From positions 576,001 through 640,000 of the forward strand of contig CAWBMV010000034.1 of NCBI GenBank assembly GCA_963789955.1: a stretch of DNA of 64,000 nt, read 5' to 3'. The notes under the pieces are model-generated. The model did no database searches. It saw nothing but the letters and a program-made list of their open reading frames with translations, and was not told the DNA's origin. The DNA comes from an uncultured Candidatus Rokubacteria bacterium (GTDB lineage: Bacteria > Methylomirabilota > Methylomirabilia > Rokubacteriales > CSP1-6). Both the position numbers and the translations under genes were made by a program. Of the stretch, positions 1-12,700 are shown piece by piece (position 1 is the stretch's first letter; the number at the start of each line of letters is the position of its first letter).

Positions 1-1367
1 AGCGCCTGATCGGGCCGGAGCTGCACCGCGGCGTGAACCCGCTCGCCCCAGTCGTCGTCGGGCACGCCGAAGACGGCCACGTCCTCGACGGCCGGGTGCC
101 GGTGCAGGGCGTCCTCGATCTCGGCGGGGTAGATGTTGACGCCGCCCGAGATGATCATGTCGCGCTTGCGGTCGCAGAGCGTGTAGAAGCCTTCCGCGTC
201 GACGTACGCCACGTCCCCGACCGAGTGCCAGCCGTCGCGCTCGGTTTGCCGTGTCGCCTCGGAATTCTTGTAGTACGCGTCGAACATGCCGCCGAAGCGG
301 CGCACGTAGACCTCGCCGGGCTCGCCCGTGGGAACGGGCCGGCCGTCGTCGTCGAGCAGCGCGATCTCGATGTTCGGCGCCGCCCGGCCGCACGAGCCGG
401 GCTTCCGCAAGACGTCCTCGGGTCTCAGGATGGTGTTGATCCCGAGCTCCGTCGAGCCGTAGAACTCGTAGAGGCTCGGCCCGAAGTAGGCGAGCGCCGC
501 TTCCTTGACCCGCATCGGGCACGGCGCCGCCGCCACGACCAGCGAGCGCATCGAGGCGACGTCGTAGCGCGCCCGCACTGATTCCGGCAGGTCGACGATG
601 CGCTTGATCAAGGTGGGCGCCATGAACGTGCTGGTGACCCGGTGCCGGTCGATCAGGTGGAGCGCCTGCTCGGGATCGAACTTCGGCATGACCACGACGG
701 TCCCGCCGATCACCGCGGAGAAGAGCGCGAAGGATCCCGGAGCCGAGTGATAGAGCGGGCCCGCCACCAGATGCACGTGGCCCTCGTGGATCATGCCGAG
801 CGCCTGCATGAAGGCGAGCGTGATCTGGGCATCGGATGCCGCGCGCAACGCGCCCTTGGGCTTCCCGGTGGTCCCGCCGGTGTAGATCATGGAGCCGCCG
901 AGGCCCTGAGCCGGATCGACCGCCGGCGACTCGGTGCCGCCGCCGTCCAGTAGCTCGTCGAGACTTGTCGCCCACGGCCGGCGCTCGGCACCCAGAGTGA
1001 TCCAGAGACGTACCCGCGGGGCGTGGCTCCGGACCTCTCCTGCCATCGCCAGATACGGTCCTCCGACGAACGCCGCCACGGCATCGGAGTGCTCGAGGAT
1101 GTAGCCCACCTCGTCGGCCACCAGGCGGTGATTCATCGGGATCGGCACGGCGTTGGCCGCGCGGGTCGCGGCGGAAGCCAGGAGGTACTCGAGCGAGTTG
1201 GGCGCGTAGATGATGACGTGCTCGCCCCGGCCGACGCCCTGCTTGACGAGCGAGTTGGCGAGGCGGTTGCGCCGCTCCAGGAGCTCGCGCCAGGTCAGTC
1301 GCCGCTCGCCCTCGACCTGGGCGAGCGCGTCGGGCTTTGCCTGCGCGTGAATCGCGACGAAGTCCAA
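1..1367 (-). CDS. Acyl-CoA synthetase / AMP-binding enzyme (3' end runs off the window; apparent internal frameshifts)
   Basis: Reverse strand reads MIYTGGTTGKPKGA (AMP-binding P-loop) near 890, FYGSTELG and DMIISGGVNIYPAEIEDAL; TTG start at 1367 preceded by GGGAG. Confidence 0.85.
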   Translation of the reverse strand, partial: MDFVAIHAQAKPDALAQVEGERRLTWRELLERRNRLANSLVKQGVGRGEHVIIYAPNSLEYLLASAATRAANAVPIPMNHRLVADEVGYILEHSDAVAAFVGGPYLAMAGEVRSHAPRVRLWITLGAERRPWATSLDELLDGGGTESPAVDPAQGLGGSMIYTGGTTGKPKGALRAASDAQITLAFMQALGMIHEGHVHLVAGPLYHSAPGSFALFSAVIGGTVVVMPKFDPEQALHLIDRHRVTSTFMAPTLIKRIVDLPESVRARYDVASMRSLVVAAAPCPMRVKEAALAYFGPSLYEFYGSTELGINTILRPEDVLRKPGSCGRAAPNIEIALLDDDGRPVPTGEPGEVYVRRFGGMFDAYYKNSEATRQTERDGWHSVGDVAYVDAEGFYTLCDRKRDMIISGGVNIYPAEIEDALHRHPAVEDVAVFGVPDDDWGERVHAAVQLRPDQA

Positions 1368-1439
1368 CCCGACTCCCGTTCTAGGCTCGCCTCGGACGGC
1401 GGGGCCCCAGCCCCGCGACGCCCTGCGGCTCGCAAGGCC

Positions 1440-2413
1440 TCACTTCGGGTAGAGGTGGCAGGCGACCAGGCGACCGGACTCGGGGAGTAGCTTCGGCTCC
1501 TCGCTCGAACAGCGCGGGAGCGCGTGGGGACAGCGCGGGTGGAAGCGGCAGCCGGCCGGCGGCGCCAGCGGGCTCGGCACCTCGCCGGTCAGGATGATCT
1601 CGTCGTCGCGCCGCTCGTCCGGATGGGACGGCAGCGCCGCCGAGAAGAGCGCCTGGGTGTACGGATGCTTGGGCGACTTCGAGACGGTGTCGGCGTCTCC
1701 GACCTCCACGATCTTTCCGAGGTACATCACCGCGATCGTGTGGCTCATGTGGGCGACCGCGGCGAGGTCGTGGGCGATGAAGAGGTACGACACGCCGAGC
1801 TGGGCCTGCAGGTCGCGAAGCAGGTTCAGGATCTGGGCGCGGATCGACACGTCGAGCGCCGAGACCGGCTCGTCGAGCACGACGACCTTGGGCGAGAGCG
1901 AGAGCGCTCGGGCGATCGCGATTCGTTGCCGCTGGCCGCCCGAGAACTCGTGAGGGAACAGATCGGCGGCGCGCTCCGGCAGGCCCACCAGCTCGAGCAG
2001 ACGCAGGACGCGCTTCTTGACCTCGGCCGACGGCAGCGACTCGTTGGTGACGAGCGGCTCGATGATGATCGAGCCCGACGCGCATTCTTGGATTCAGCGA
2101 CGCGAAGGGATCCTGAAAGACGGCCTGGACCGAGCGGCGGTAGGCGCGCAGGCTGCCTCCGTCGAGCGCCTGGAGATCCTGACCCTCGAAGCTCATGATC
2201 CCGTCGGTCGGCCGCTCGAGCAGGAGCACCATCTTGCCCGTCGTGGTCTTGCCGCAGCCCGACTCGCCGACGAGCCCGAGGGTCTTGCCGGGATCGATGG
2301 CAGAAGGAGATGTCGTCCACCGCACGGACGACCGCGACCTGGCGCGAGAAGAGCCCGCGCTTCACCGGGAAATGCTTGACGAGATTCTTGGCTTCCAGGA
2401 CCGGGCCGGCCAT
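1440..2413 (-). CDS. Oligopeptide/dipeptide ABC transporter ATP-binding protein (OppF/DppF type), frameshifted
   Basis: Three ORF pieces: [12 protein letters not shown], Walker [37 protein letters not shown] and C-terminal CRFHPRCP. Confidence 0.9.
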
Positions 2414-2419
2414 CGACGC

Positions 2420-3412
2420 TCAGCCCCTCACCTCGTCACGGGGGCCGACAGCCAGCAGCGGCTCGTCTGGGTGTCGGTGACGCCGGAACTCGGGCGGCGG
2501 CTCCGTGCGGCAGCGGTCCATGATCTTCGGGCACCGCGGGTGAAACGCGCAGCCCGGCGGCGGCGCCGACGGATCCGGCGGCTGGCCGTCGATCGCGGTG
2601 AGCCGCTTGCGACTGTCGCCGACGCGCGGAATCGACTCGAGCAACGCCTGCGTGTACGGGTGCGCCGGCGAGTTGTAGATCTGCTTGACCGGGCCCGCCT
2701 CGACCAGGCGTCCGGCGTACATCACCGCCACCTGGTCGCACATCTTGGCGACGATGCCGAGATTGTGGGTGATGAAGATCAGCGCCAGGTTGTGGGCGCG
2801 CTGGAGATCGCGCAGGAGCTTCAGATACTGCGCCTGGATCGTGAGGTCGAGGCTCGTCGTGGGCTCGTCGGCGATGAGCACCCGGGGCTCGCACGAGATC
2901 GCGATCGCCCCGACGATGCGCTGGCGCATCCCGCCGGACAGCTGGTGGGGATACTCGCGCACGCGTCGCTCCGGCGCCGCGATGCGAACGGCCTTCAGGA
3001 GCTCGGTCGCGCGGGTCCATGCTTTTCGCCGGCCGGCGCCTTCGTGCACACGGATCGGCTCGGCGACCTGATCGCCGACGGTGAAGAGCGGGTTCAGCGA
3101 CGCCATCGGGTCCTGCAGGATCATCGCGATCCGCTTGCCGCGGATTCGTCGCATCTCGGACTCGGACTTCTTCATGAGGTCGGCGCCCTCGAACATGATC
3201 TCGCCCGAGACGATCTTGGCCGCCGGCGGTAGCATCCGGAGCAAGGTGAGCGCCAGGGTCGTCTTGCCCGAGCCCGACTCACCCACGATGCCGAGGGTCT
3301 GGCCCTGGTCGAGCGAAAGGCTGACGTCGTCCACCGCCCGCGTCACACGGGTGCCGCGGGCGCTGACGTAGTGCGTCGACAGGCGCCGGATTTCGAGGAG
3401 CGGGCCGGTCAC
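2420..3412 (-). CDS. Oligopeptide/dipeptide ABC transporter ATP-binding protein (OppD/DppD type)
   Basis: GESGSGKTT, YPHQLSGGMRQR, ADEPTTSLD, HPYT, CAFHPRCP; extreme C-terminus probably frameshifted. Confidence 0.9.
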   Translation of the reverse strand: MTGPLLEIRRLSTHYVSARGTRVTRAVDDVSLSLDQGQTLGIVGESGSGKTTLALTLLRMLPPAAKIVSGEIMFEGADLMKKSESEMRRIRGKRIAMILQDPMASLNPLFTVGDQVAEPIRVHEGAGRRKAWTRATELLKAVRIAAPERRVREYPHQLSGGMRQRIVGAIAISCEPRVLIADEPTTSLDLTIQAQYLKLLRDLQRAHNLALIFITHNLGIVAKMCDQVAVMYAGRLVEAGPVKQIYNSPAHPYTQALLESIPRVGDSRKRLTAIDGQPPDPSAPPPGCAFHPRCPKIMDRCRTEPPPEFRRHRHPDEPLLAVGPRDEVRG

Positions 3413-4315
3413 AACTGGCGGAGCTGCGGGTCGAACTTTACGCGAAGCCAGTCGCCCAGAAGATTTGCCGAGAGGACCATCAGCATGATGCAGGAGCCCG
3501 GCAGCACGGTCAGCCACCAGTAGCCCGCCATCAGGCCCTTCTTGCCATCCGCCAGCATCAGCCCCCACGCGGGCTGGGGTGGCGGCACGCCGACGCCGAG
3601 GAACGACAGCGCCGCCTCGGCGATGATCACCTGACCGAGCTGCAGGGTGGCCAGCACGATCGCGGAGTTGATCACGTTCGGCAGGATGTGCTTGCGCATG
3701 ATCTTCCACTTCGAGCAGCCGGCGACGACGGCGAGGCGCACGAAGTCCCGTTCCCGGACGGAGAGCACCTCGCCGCGGATGACGCGCGCGTAGCGCGTCC
3801 AGTAGACGAGGGCGAGGATGATGATGATGTTGCTCGCGCTGGGGCCGATGATGGCCGCCAGGAAGATCGCGAACGTGAGGGCGGGCAGCGCGAGCCAGGC
3901 GTCGGTGAGACGCATGATGACCTGGTCGACCCAGCGGCCCATGTAGCCCGAGATGATCCCGAGCCCGGTGCCGACGACGCCGGCCACGATGATGACCATG
4001 AAGCCCGACGATGACGGAGATCCGGGCGCCGAAGATCAGCCGCGAGAGCACGTCGCGGCCGAGATGATCGGTGCCGAGGAGGTGATCGATGGTGCCGTTC
4101 GTTTGCCACGCCGGCGGCCGGAACCGGTCACCGAGCACGCCGACCTCGGGATTGTGAGGCGCGATCACGTTCGCGAAGATCGCCACCAGCAGCACGCCGA
4201 GGAGGATCGCGATCGGGATGGTCGGAAAGCCCTGAGCCCGCATGAAGGCCAGACGCGACGGGAGCGTCAGGATCACGGACGCGGAGCGGCTGTTCGCGGC
4301 GCTGCTACCGTTCAT
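3409..4315 (-). CDS. Peptide ABC transporter permease (DppC/OppC type), frameshifted near 4005
   Basis: HLLGTDHLGRDVLSRLIFGARIS in one frame, KHILPNV...EAALSFLGVG...PAWG and DPQLR in the next. Confidence 0.9.
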
Positions 4316-4339
4316 GTGAGTCTCCAGTTCCCAGGGGCG

Positions 4340-5260
4340 CTAGCCCTCATATCTGATCCTAGGGTCGATAACCGCGTAGAGAATATCGACCAGCAGATTC
4401 ACGACGACGATCATCACACCGCCGAGCAGCACGGTCGCCTGCACGACCGGGAAATCGCGGAACGCGATGCCCTCGAAGAGCAGGCGACCCACGCCCGGCC
4501 ACGCGAACACGGTCTCGACGACGACCGCCACGTTGACCATGATGACGAGATTGATCCCCGCCAGGGTGAGCACCGGGATCAGCGCGTTCTTGAAGGCGTG
4601 CTTGGAGATGACCAGCGCTTCCGGCAGCCCCTTGAGCCGTGCGAGCTTCACGTATTCAGAGCCCAGGACCTCGAGCATCGAGGAGCGCGTGAGGCGCATG
4701 TGCGAGGCCGCGAAGACCCAGCCGAGGGCGATGGACGGCATCACCAGATGGAGCACCGTCCCGGATCCGGACGATGGAAGCCAGCCGAGGTAGACCGAGA
4801 AGAAGAGGATCATGACCAGCCCGACCCAGAACGACGGCATCGAGAGGCCGAGCAGCGCGAAGATCTTGCCGACGCTGTCCCACCACTGGTTGACCCGTAC
4901 CGCCGCGATGATCCCCGTCGGGATGCCGACGAGCAGCGAGAACGCCATCGCCGCGGACGCGAGCAGCAACGAGGCCGGCAGCCGCGAGAGATAGAGCTCG
5001 AAGACATCGGTGCGGTAGTAGAACGACTGGCCGAAATCACCGCGCACGAGATGCGAGATGAAGCTCCCGTACTGGATCCACAGAGGCCGGTCGAGGCCGA
5101 ACTGATGGCGGATTGCGTCGAGGTCGGCTTGGCTCGCGCCGGGCTCGGCGAGGAGGACGGCGGGATCGCCGGTGACGCGCATCAGGAAGAAGATCGTCAG
5201 CGACAGCAGGAAGAGCGAGATGAGCGCCAACCCGGTACGCTTGACGATGAACTTCTTCAT
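4340..5260 (-). CDS. Peptide ABC transporter permease (DppB/OppB type)
   Basis: GDPA, GDFGQS, RSSMLEVL...ARLKGL, KHAFKNALIP, ETVFAWPGVG, IDPRIR. Confidence 0.92.
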   Translation of the reverse strand: MKKFIVKRTGLALISLFLLSLTIFFLMRVTGDPAVLLAEPGASQADLDAIRHQFGLDRPLWIQYGSFISHLVRGDFGQSFYYRTDVFELYLSRLPASLLLASAAMAFSLLVGIPTGIIAAVRVNQWWDSVGKIFALLGLSMPSFWVGLVMILFFSVYLGWLPSSGSGTVLHLVMPSIALGWVFAASHMRLTRSSMLEVLGSEYVKLARLKGLPEALVISKHAFKNALIPVLTLAGINLVIMVNVAVVVETVFAWPGVGRLLFEGIAFRDFPVVQATVLLGGVMIVVVNLLVDILYAVIDPRIRYEG

Positions 5261-5342
5261 AGCGTTCCTATGTATGCCTCCTCGCTACCGGCTGCGGACC
5301 CGACTACGAGCTGGAGAGATGCGAGCGCCGAAAAGCGAAGGG

Positions 5343-5370
5343 ATTATGCCCGATTCTACTTCGGTGTCAA
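5343..5370 (-). promoter_or_regulatory. Putative sigma70 promoter of the peptide-transport operon
   Basis: Minus strand TTGACA-N16-CATAAT about 80 nt upstream of the dppB-like start. Confidence 0.5.
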
Positions 5371-5535
5371 TGTCCTAGCGCGTCAACCAGGGGTAGATCC
5401 CGGCTGCCCGGCGGGTGAAAGGCCGTGACACTTTCCGGAAGCGTGGACAGAGGAACGCAGCTCGCGTGTAGCGTGTTATCTATGACCGGTGCCGTCGCCT
5501 CCTGGGCGGCGGCACCGGTCGTGAAGACGAGCCTC

Positions 5536-6516
5536 CTAGAGCAGGTCCTGCAGCTCGGGAATCACCCAGAGCGGCTTCCGCCCGGCTGCCACTCTCTCGA
5601 CGTTGTCGAAGGCGTTCCGAAACGCCTTGGTCCAGTTCTCCCACGTCGGTCCGGCCGAGTGCGGCGTGATCGTGATGTTCTCGAGGCCGAACAGGGGATG
5701 GTTCGCCGCCGGCGGCTCCTCGACCATGACGTCGAGCCCGGCCGCGGCGATCTGACCCGACGCCAGCGCGACCTGGAGGGCCGCCTCGTCGACGACCGGA
5801 CCGCGGCAGGTGTTGATCAGGATCGCGCTCCGCTTCATGGTCGCGAACTCGCGGGCGCCCATCATGCCGCGGGTCGAGTTGCTCAGGGGCACGTGCAGGC
5901 TGACCACGTCCGAGGTGCGCAGGAGCTCGGGAAAGAGCACGAAGCGGACGTCGAGGGCGTCCTCGGCGTGCTCGGTGAGGCGGACGATGTCGTAGTACTG
6001 AACGTGCATGTCGAAGGCCTGGGCCCGCTTCGCGACCTTCTTGCCGATGGTCCCGAGGCCGACGATCCCCAGGGTCTTTCCGGCCAGCTCGTAGGTCCGG
6101 GTCTGGGCGAAGTCGCCCACGCGCCACTTGCCGGTGATGACGTTGTGATGGTGCCAGGCGAGCTTCTTGTAGACGGCCAGGATCAGCATCAAGGTGTGCT
6201 CGGCGACCGCGACCGAGTTCGCGCCGCCGTTGTTGGCGACCGGCACCTTCGCCTGTCGCGCCGCCGCGATGTCCAGGCGGTCGTACCCGGCGCTGATCAG
6301 CTGGATCAGCTTGAGCTTGGGCGCGCCCCGATAGAACTCCGGGCCGAGGCTCTCGCGGGCGAAGCCCACCAGGTACTCGGCGTCCTTCATCGCGGCGGGA
6401 AACTCCGGCGTGCCCTGGTCGGCCACCTGCATCTCGTACTCGGCCGGGAGCATGGAGCGGGCGACGTCCACGAGCGCGGCCGGGAGCTTCGGGGAGAGAA
6501 CGATCTTGGTCGGCAC
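5536..6516 (-). CDS. D-isomer-specific 2-hydroxyacid dehydrogenase
   Basis: GIVGLGTIG Rossmann motif, INTCRGPVVDE, AGLDV, TPHSAG. Confidence 0.9.
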   Translation of the reverse strand: MPTKIVLSPKLPAALVDVARSMLPAEYEMQVADQGTPEFPAAMKDAEYLVGFARESLGPEFYRGAPKLKLIQLISAGYDRLDIAAARQAKVPVANNGGANSVAVAEHTLMLILAVYKKLAWHHHNVITGKWRVGDFAQTRTYELAGKTLGIVGLGTIGKKVAKRAQAFDMHVQYYDIVRLTEHAEDALDVRFVLFPELLRTSDVVSLHVPLSNSTRGMMGAREFATMKRSAILINTCRGPVVDEAALQVALASGQIAAAGLDVMVEEPPAANHPLFGLENITITPHSAGPTWENWTKAFRNAFDNVERVAAGRKPLWVIPELQDLL

Positions 6517-6537
6517 GGCAATCTCCTTTCTCCGGTG

Positions 6538-6879
6538 CTACCGGAGCTTACGCATATCCTCGGGGAAGTTCGACGTGAACGAGTACGACTTGACCGTGCC
6601 GTTCGCGTTGAAGCGCACGGTGAGGTCCTTGGTGATCGTGTCGGAGCCGCTCCGCTGGGCGAAGAACCACCGCCACGTCTGGTCTCCGTTGTCGAGGCCG
6701 ACCTGATAGGGCTCGCCGAAGAGCGCAACCAGCGCGGCCTTGTCCGTAACGTTGTCTTTGATCTGCGCTGCGTTCGGCGAGGGAAACTCGTGGCCGACCT
6801 GGAGCGCGGAGCACGCCGACGCGACGAGAAGGACACCGAGAGCACCGAACCACACCCGCCTCAAGGCTCTGCCTCTCAC
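6538..6879 (-). CDS. Small lipoprotein, SmpA/OmlA (BamE)-like
   Basis: Signal peptide ending ASAC; TDKAALVALFGEP...TWRW...LTVRFNANGTVKSY pattern; GTGA overlap with upstream gene. Confidence 0.6.
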   Translation of the reverse strand: MRGRALRRVWFGALGVLLVASACSALQVGHEFPSPNAAQIKDNVTDKAALVALFGEPYQVGLDNGDQTWRWFFAQRSGSDTITKDLTVRFNANGTVKSYSFTSNFPEDMRKLR

Positions 6880-8072
6880 GCCAGCGCGACGACGCCGGCG
6901 GCGGCGAGACGCTCGATCTCGCTCTTCGGCAAACCGAGCTCGGTGAGGATCTCCGCGGTGTGCTCGCCGAGCCCCGGGGCCGGGCGCCGGATCGTTCCGG
7001 GGGTCGCCGACGCCCTGACCGGGAAGTCGAGCATGCGCGCGGTCCCATAGCCCGGCTGCTCGACCGACGCCACCAGGCCGAGGTGCTTGACCTGAGGATC
7101 CTCGAAGACCTCGTCGAACTCGTAGATGGGGCCGGCGGCTACCTGCTCGGTCTCGAACCGCGAGACCCACACGGCCGTGGTCTCCCGTGACAGCGTACGC
7201 TCGACGCGCGCCTTGAACTCGTCGTGGTTCGCCACGCGCGTGTCGTTGGTCGCGAACTTCGGATCGCTCGCCAGCGCCGGCTCGCCGAGCGCGCGGCTGA
7301 AGCGTGTGTACTGGTCGGGGTTCATGATGACGACCTGGACCCAGCCGTCCTTGGTCCGGAACGCCTCGGCCGGCGAGAGATACGGGTTGCGGTTGCCGAC
7401 GCGGGTCGGCCGCTGACCCGAGTCGAAATAGTGGGCGACCGGATCGGGGAGCAGCGCCAGAGTCGAGGCCAGCAGGCTGACGTCGAGGTGCTGGCCCCGA
7501 CCGGTGCGCAGTCGATGGGCGAGCGCGGCGTTCGCGACACCGAACGCGAGGAAGGCCGCGGCGAGATCGGAGACCGAGCCGCCGACCTTCGTCGGGGGAT
7601 GCCCCGGCATTCCGGTGAGCGCCATGATCCCGCTCATGCCCTGGGCGATCGTGTTGTAGCCCGCGCGGCGGGCATGCGGCCCGTTCTGCCCGAAGCCCGT
7701 CACCGAGACGTAGACCGCGGACGGGTTCACCGCGCTCACGGCGTCGTACCCGAGCCCGAGCTTGTCGGCGACACCCGGGAGGAAGTTCTCGACGACGACG
7801 TCGGCGCGCCGGGCCAGCTCGAAGACGAGCTTGGATCCCTCGGGCTGCTGGAGATCCACGGCGATGCCGCGCTTGTTACGGTTGATCGCCGCGAAGGTCG
7901 CGCTCATCCCGTTGCCTCGCCACGCCCGTAGATCGTCGCCGCGGCCGGGCCGCTCGACCTTGACCACGTCGGCGCCGAGGTCGGCCATCAGGGTGGCGCA
8001 GTACGGGCCCGCGATCACGCGGGAGAGGTCGAGCACGCGGACGCCCTCGAGCATCATCGGGCGGTCAGCCAC
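6876..8072 (-). CDS. Family III CoA-transferase (CaiB/BaiF)
   Basis: LEGVRVLDLSRVIAGP, LGADVVKVE, NRNKRG, ADVVVENF, APGLGEHT. Confidence 0.93.
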   Translation of the reverse strand: MADRPMMLEGVRVLDLSRVIAGPYCATLMADLGADVVKVERPGRGDDLRAWRGNGMSATFAAINRNKRGIAVDLQQPEGSKLVFELARRADVVVENFLPGVADKLGLGYDAVSAVNPSAVYVSVTGFGQNGPHARRAGYNTIAQGMSGIMALTGMPGHPPTKVGGSVSDLAAAFLAFGVANAALAHRLRTGRGQHLDVSLLASTLALLPDPVAHYFDSGQRPTRVGNRNPYLSPAEAFRTKDGWVQVVIMNPDQYTRFSRALGEPALASDPKFATNDTRVANHDEFKARVERTLSRETTAVWVSRFETEQVAAGPIYEFDEVFEDPQVKHLGLVASVEQPGYGTARMLDFPVRASATPGTIRRPAPGLGEHTAEILTELGLPKSEIERLAAAGVVALA

Positions 8073-8793
8073 GATCGAGGAATCCCTCCGTCATCGCGTT
8101 CACCTCCGGGATCCCGGTGCGCGCGATGGCGTTGATGCGAGCCTTGACCTCCGCCATCGCCTTGAACGGTTTCTTGGTCAGCGCTTCGGCGTACGCGCGC
8201 ACTTCCTTGGCGAGCGACGCCCCGGGCACGACACGATGGACGAGCCCCCACGTCTGAGCCTCGGCGGCGGAGTACCGCCGACACTCCATGATGATCTCCT
8301 TCGCGCGCGCGGGGCCGACGAGGCGCACGAAGCGGGTCGTCGAGGCGACGCCGAGCGGCACGCCGAGGTCGACCTCGGGAATCCAGAGCTGCGCTTCGGC
8401 GGCGGCCCACCGGAAGTCGCAGGCGAGCGTCAGACCCCAGCCGCCGCCGACCGCGTGGCCGTTGATCATCGCGATCGTCGCCTGCTCGAGGCCTTCCAGC
8501 ATCGTGTTGGCGCGCTCGAACAGCCGCCGGAACTGGCTCTTGCGCTGGCCGAACGCCTGGCGGCGCTCGTCCTCCGACATCGTCGACTTGAGCCCGGCGT
8601 CGGCGCCGGCCGAGAACACCGGCGGCGCGCCGGTGACGATGACGACGCGCGTGGCGGTGTCGTCACGCAGCTCCACGAACGCCGCGGCGAGCTCGGTCAG
8701 CATCGGATCGCTCAGCGAGTTACGGCGATCGGGACGGTTCAAGGTGACGGTCGCGATCGCGCCTTCACGAACCAAGGTGACGTTTTCGCCCAT
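8065..8793 (-). CDS. Enoyl-CoA hydratase/isomerase family protein
   Basis: TLNRPDRRNSL, FSAGAD, IAMINGHAVGGG, PEVDLG. Confidence 0.9.
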   Translation of the reverse strand: MGENVTLVREGAIATVTLNRPDRRNSLSDPMLTELAAAFVELRDDTATRVVIVTGAPPVFSAGADAGLKSTMSEDERRQAFGQRKSQFRRLFERANTMLEGLEQATIAMINGHAVGGGWGLTLACDFRWAAAEAQLWIPEVDLGVPLGVASTTRFVRLVGPARAKEIIMECRRYSAAEAQTWGLVHRVVPGASLAKEVRAYAEALTKKPFKAMAEVKARINAIARTGIPEVNAMTEGFLDRG

Positions 8794-8876
8794 GCGCGCG
8801 GACGGTATCACAGGCGGTGCCGTCTCGCATCTGGACCTTTTTGCGCAGCCTGCGGTGGTGAATTTTGCCTGGTGTT

Positions 8877-10120
8877 TCAGGCGAGGATGCCGAGCGGTTG
8901 AGTCGGCTTGAAGCCCGGGAAGATCGGGGCCGCGGGCACGCCGAGGTGGCGCGTCGCGATCTCGGAGAAGAGGTTGCGGAAGTCGGTGGTGACGGCGAGG
9001 TCGCGGCCCTCGAAGAGCTGGTGCCGGTCGAGGCCCGGCCAGCGGCCGTAGACGCGGCCGCCGCGAACGCCGCCGCCGAGGACGAGCATCGCCGTCGCGT
9101 GACCGTGGTCGGTGCCGCGGTTGCCGTTCTCCGCGACCGTGCGGCCGAACTCCGACATCGTCAGCACGACGACGTCCGACATCCTGTCGCCGAGATCCTG
9201 AGAGAAGGCCGCAAGCGCCGCGCCGAAGTCCCGGAAGCGGAGCGCGAGCTGGCCGCGCTCGGCGCCCTGACCGACGTGCGTGTCCCAGCCCTGCATATCG
9301 GCGAAGGCGACCTCGAGGCCGACGTTGGCCTTGATGAGCTGCGCGATCTGACGCAACGCCTCGCCGAGCGGTACGCGCGGATACTCCGCGCCGTTCGCCG
9401 GCGGAATCCGCGAGGCCTTGGCGCTGCGGAGCATCTTCACGGCGTCGAAGGTCTCACGCCCGGTCCCGTGCAGGAGATCGTGGACACCCTGCTCGTAGAG
9501 CGATTCGAAGCCGGCGCGCGCGGTTCCGTCGGAGCCGCCGCGGACGTCGAACCGATCGAGGGACTGCATCGAGATCGCGCCGACGTCGCCCTGGAGCGTT
9601 CGCGGGAGCGCGGGGCCGATCGCGACCGCGCGGAACGGCGTCGACTTCGCCGGCCGCGTGCCGACGGCGCGCGCGAGCCAGCCGTCCGGCGTGCTCTTCA
9701 CGCCGGGTGTCCCGGACTCCATGTAGTCCTGGGCATCGAAGTGCGAGCGTGTCGTGTCCGGGGAGCCGCAGGCGTGGACCACCGCGAGCGAGCGGTTCGC
9801 CCAGAGCGGCACGAGCGGCGCCAGGCTCGGGTGAAACGCGAAGAAGCCGTCGAGATCGGCGGCGCGCTCGCTCTCGCCCCGCCGCGGCGGCTGGAGCCCG
9901 ATCGAGGGCCGCACTCCGGTGTAGCCCGGGTCGCCGTACGGCGTCACCATGCTGAGGCCGTCGACGGCGCCCCGCTGGAAGATCGCCACCAGCACCTTGC
10001 CGCTCGCTTCCGCGGCATGGGCCGCGCGAAGCAGGAATCGAGGGGCTCCGGCGTAGGCGACCAGCGCGCACCCGCCGGCCTTCACGAACGTTCGCCGCGT
10101 GATCATGCCCGGCTCTCCGC

Positions 10121-10124
<4 letters not shown>
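8877..10124 (-). CDS. DUF1501-family protein with Tat signal
   Basis: N-terminal TRRTFVK; RGAVDGL, TRSHFDAQ, GWDTH, MSEFGRT, NRGTDHG motifs. Confidence 0.88.
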
Positions 10125-11809
<1,685 letters not shown>

Positions 11810-11817
11810 CGTGGCGT

Positions 11818-12420
11818 TCACTGTGGACCTCGGCGCTGCTGCTGACGCTGCTGGCGCAGCCGCTCGCGCTCCTCGGGTGGCATCTGCCGCCAGCGCTCGC
11901 GGATCCGCTCGCGCTCCTCGGGGCTCATCTGGCGCCAGCGCTCCTGGTTGCGGAGCACCCGATCCCGCTCCTCCGGGGTCATCGATTCCCACTGGCCGAG
12001 CCGCTGCTGGATGCGGTCTCGCCGGTCTTGTGGCAGCCGCTGCCAGCGCTCGTACGCCTTCTGCAGCTCTTGCTGACGCTCCTTGGGCAGCTCGTTCCAG
12101 TGCTGAAAGTCTTTGAGAATCTGCGCACGCTGGTCGGGCGTGAGCTGGCGGAAGCGCCGATAGTTCTGGCGCGCCGTCTCCCGCTCCTCCGGGGTCATCG
12201 ACTTCCAATGACGATAGTTCTCGAGGGCGCGCTGCCGTTCCTCGGGCGTGAGCCGCTGCCAGCGCTCGAGGTTGCGCTCGGCGATCGCCCGCTCCTCCGG
12301 CGTGAGCTTGTCGAGCCCCTGGATCGCCGGCGGCGGCGTTTGCCCCCAGGCAACGTCCAGGCCGCCAAGGGTCAGCATGACGCCCAGCAAGAGCAGCACC
12401 GGCAGGCCGCGGCGGGTCAT
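11818..12420 (-). CDS. Secreted DUF3106-like helical repeat protein
   Basis: Signal peptide then about nine ~18-aa repeats of the type LTPEERxxxxxNxxRWxx. Confidence 0.8.
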   Translation of the reverse strand: MTRRGLPVLLLLGVMLTLGGLDVAWGQTPPPAIQGLDKLTPEERAIAERNLERWQRLTPEERQRALENYRHWKSMTPEERETARQNYRRFRQLTPDQRAQILKDFQHWNELPKERQQELQKAYERWQRLPQDRRDRIQQRLGQWESMTPEERDRVLRNQERWRQMSPEERERIRERWRQMPPEERERLRQQRQQQRRGPQ

Positions 12421-12698
12421 CGCTCCTTTGCCTCGTTCGGAGCCGGGGTCTGGCGCGGCGCGGTCTCCGAGCTCGGCATCGACTCGAGGATCCTCATGCG
12501 CTCCAGAATCGGCATGCGCGTGTAGAGCTCGCGTTCCCGGTTGAGGTCGGTTCCCTTGAGCAGGTCGAGGTCGAGCAGCATCTGGGCGTCGGGCGGCGGC
12601 TGCACGGCGCCATCGGCGGCGCCCGACGAAGACGCCGCCGTCCCGCTTGCGACCGCCCCGAGCAGCCCCAGCGCGAGCCACAGGCGCGTCCGGCGCAC
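12417..12698 (-). CDS. Small secreted hypothetical protein (93 aa)
   Basis: GTG start just after anti-sigma stop, signal peptide, Leu/acidic segment MLLDLDLL...ILERMRILESM; ATGA overlap with next gene. Confidence 0.65.
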   Translation of the reverse strand: MRRTRLWLALGLLGAVASGTAASSSGAADGAVQPPPDAQMLLDLDLLKGTDLNRERELYTRMPILERMRILESMPSSETAPRQTPAPNEAKER

Positions 12699-12700
12699 GG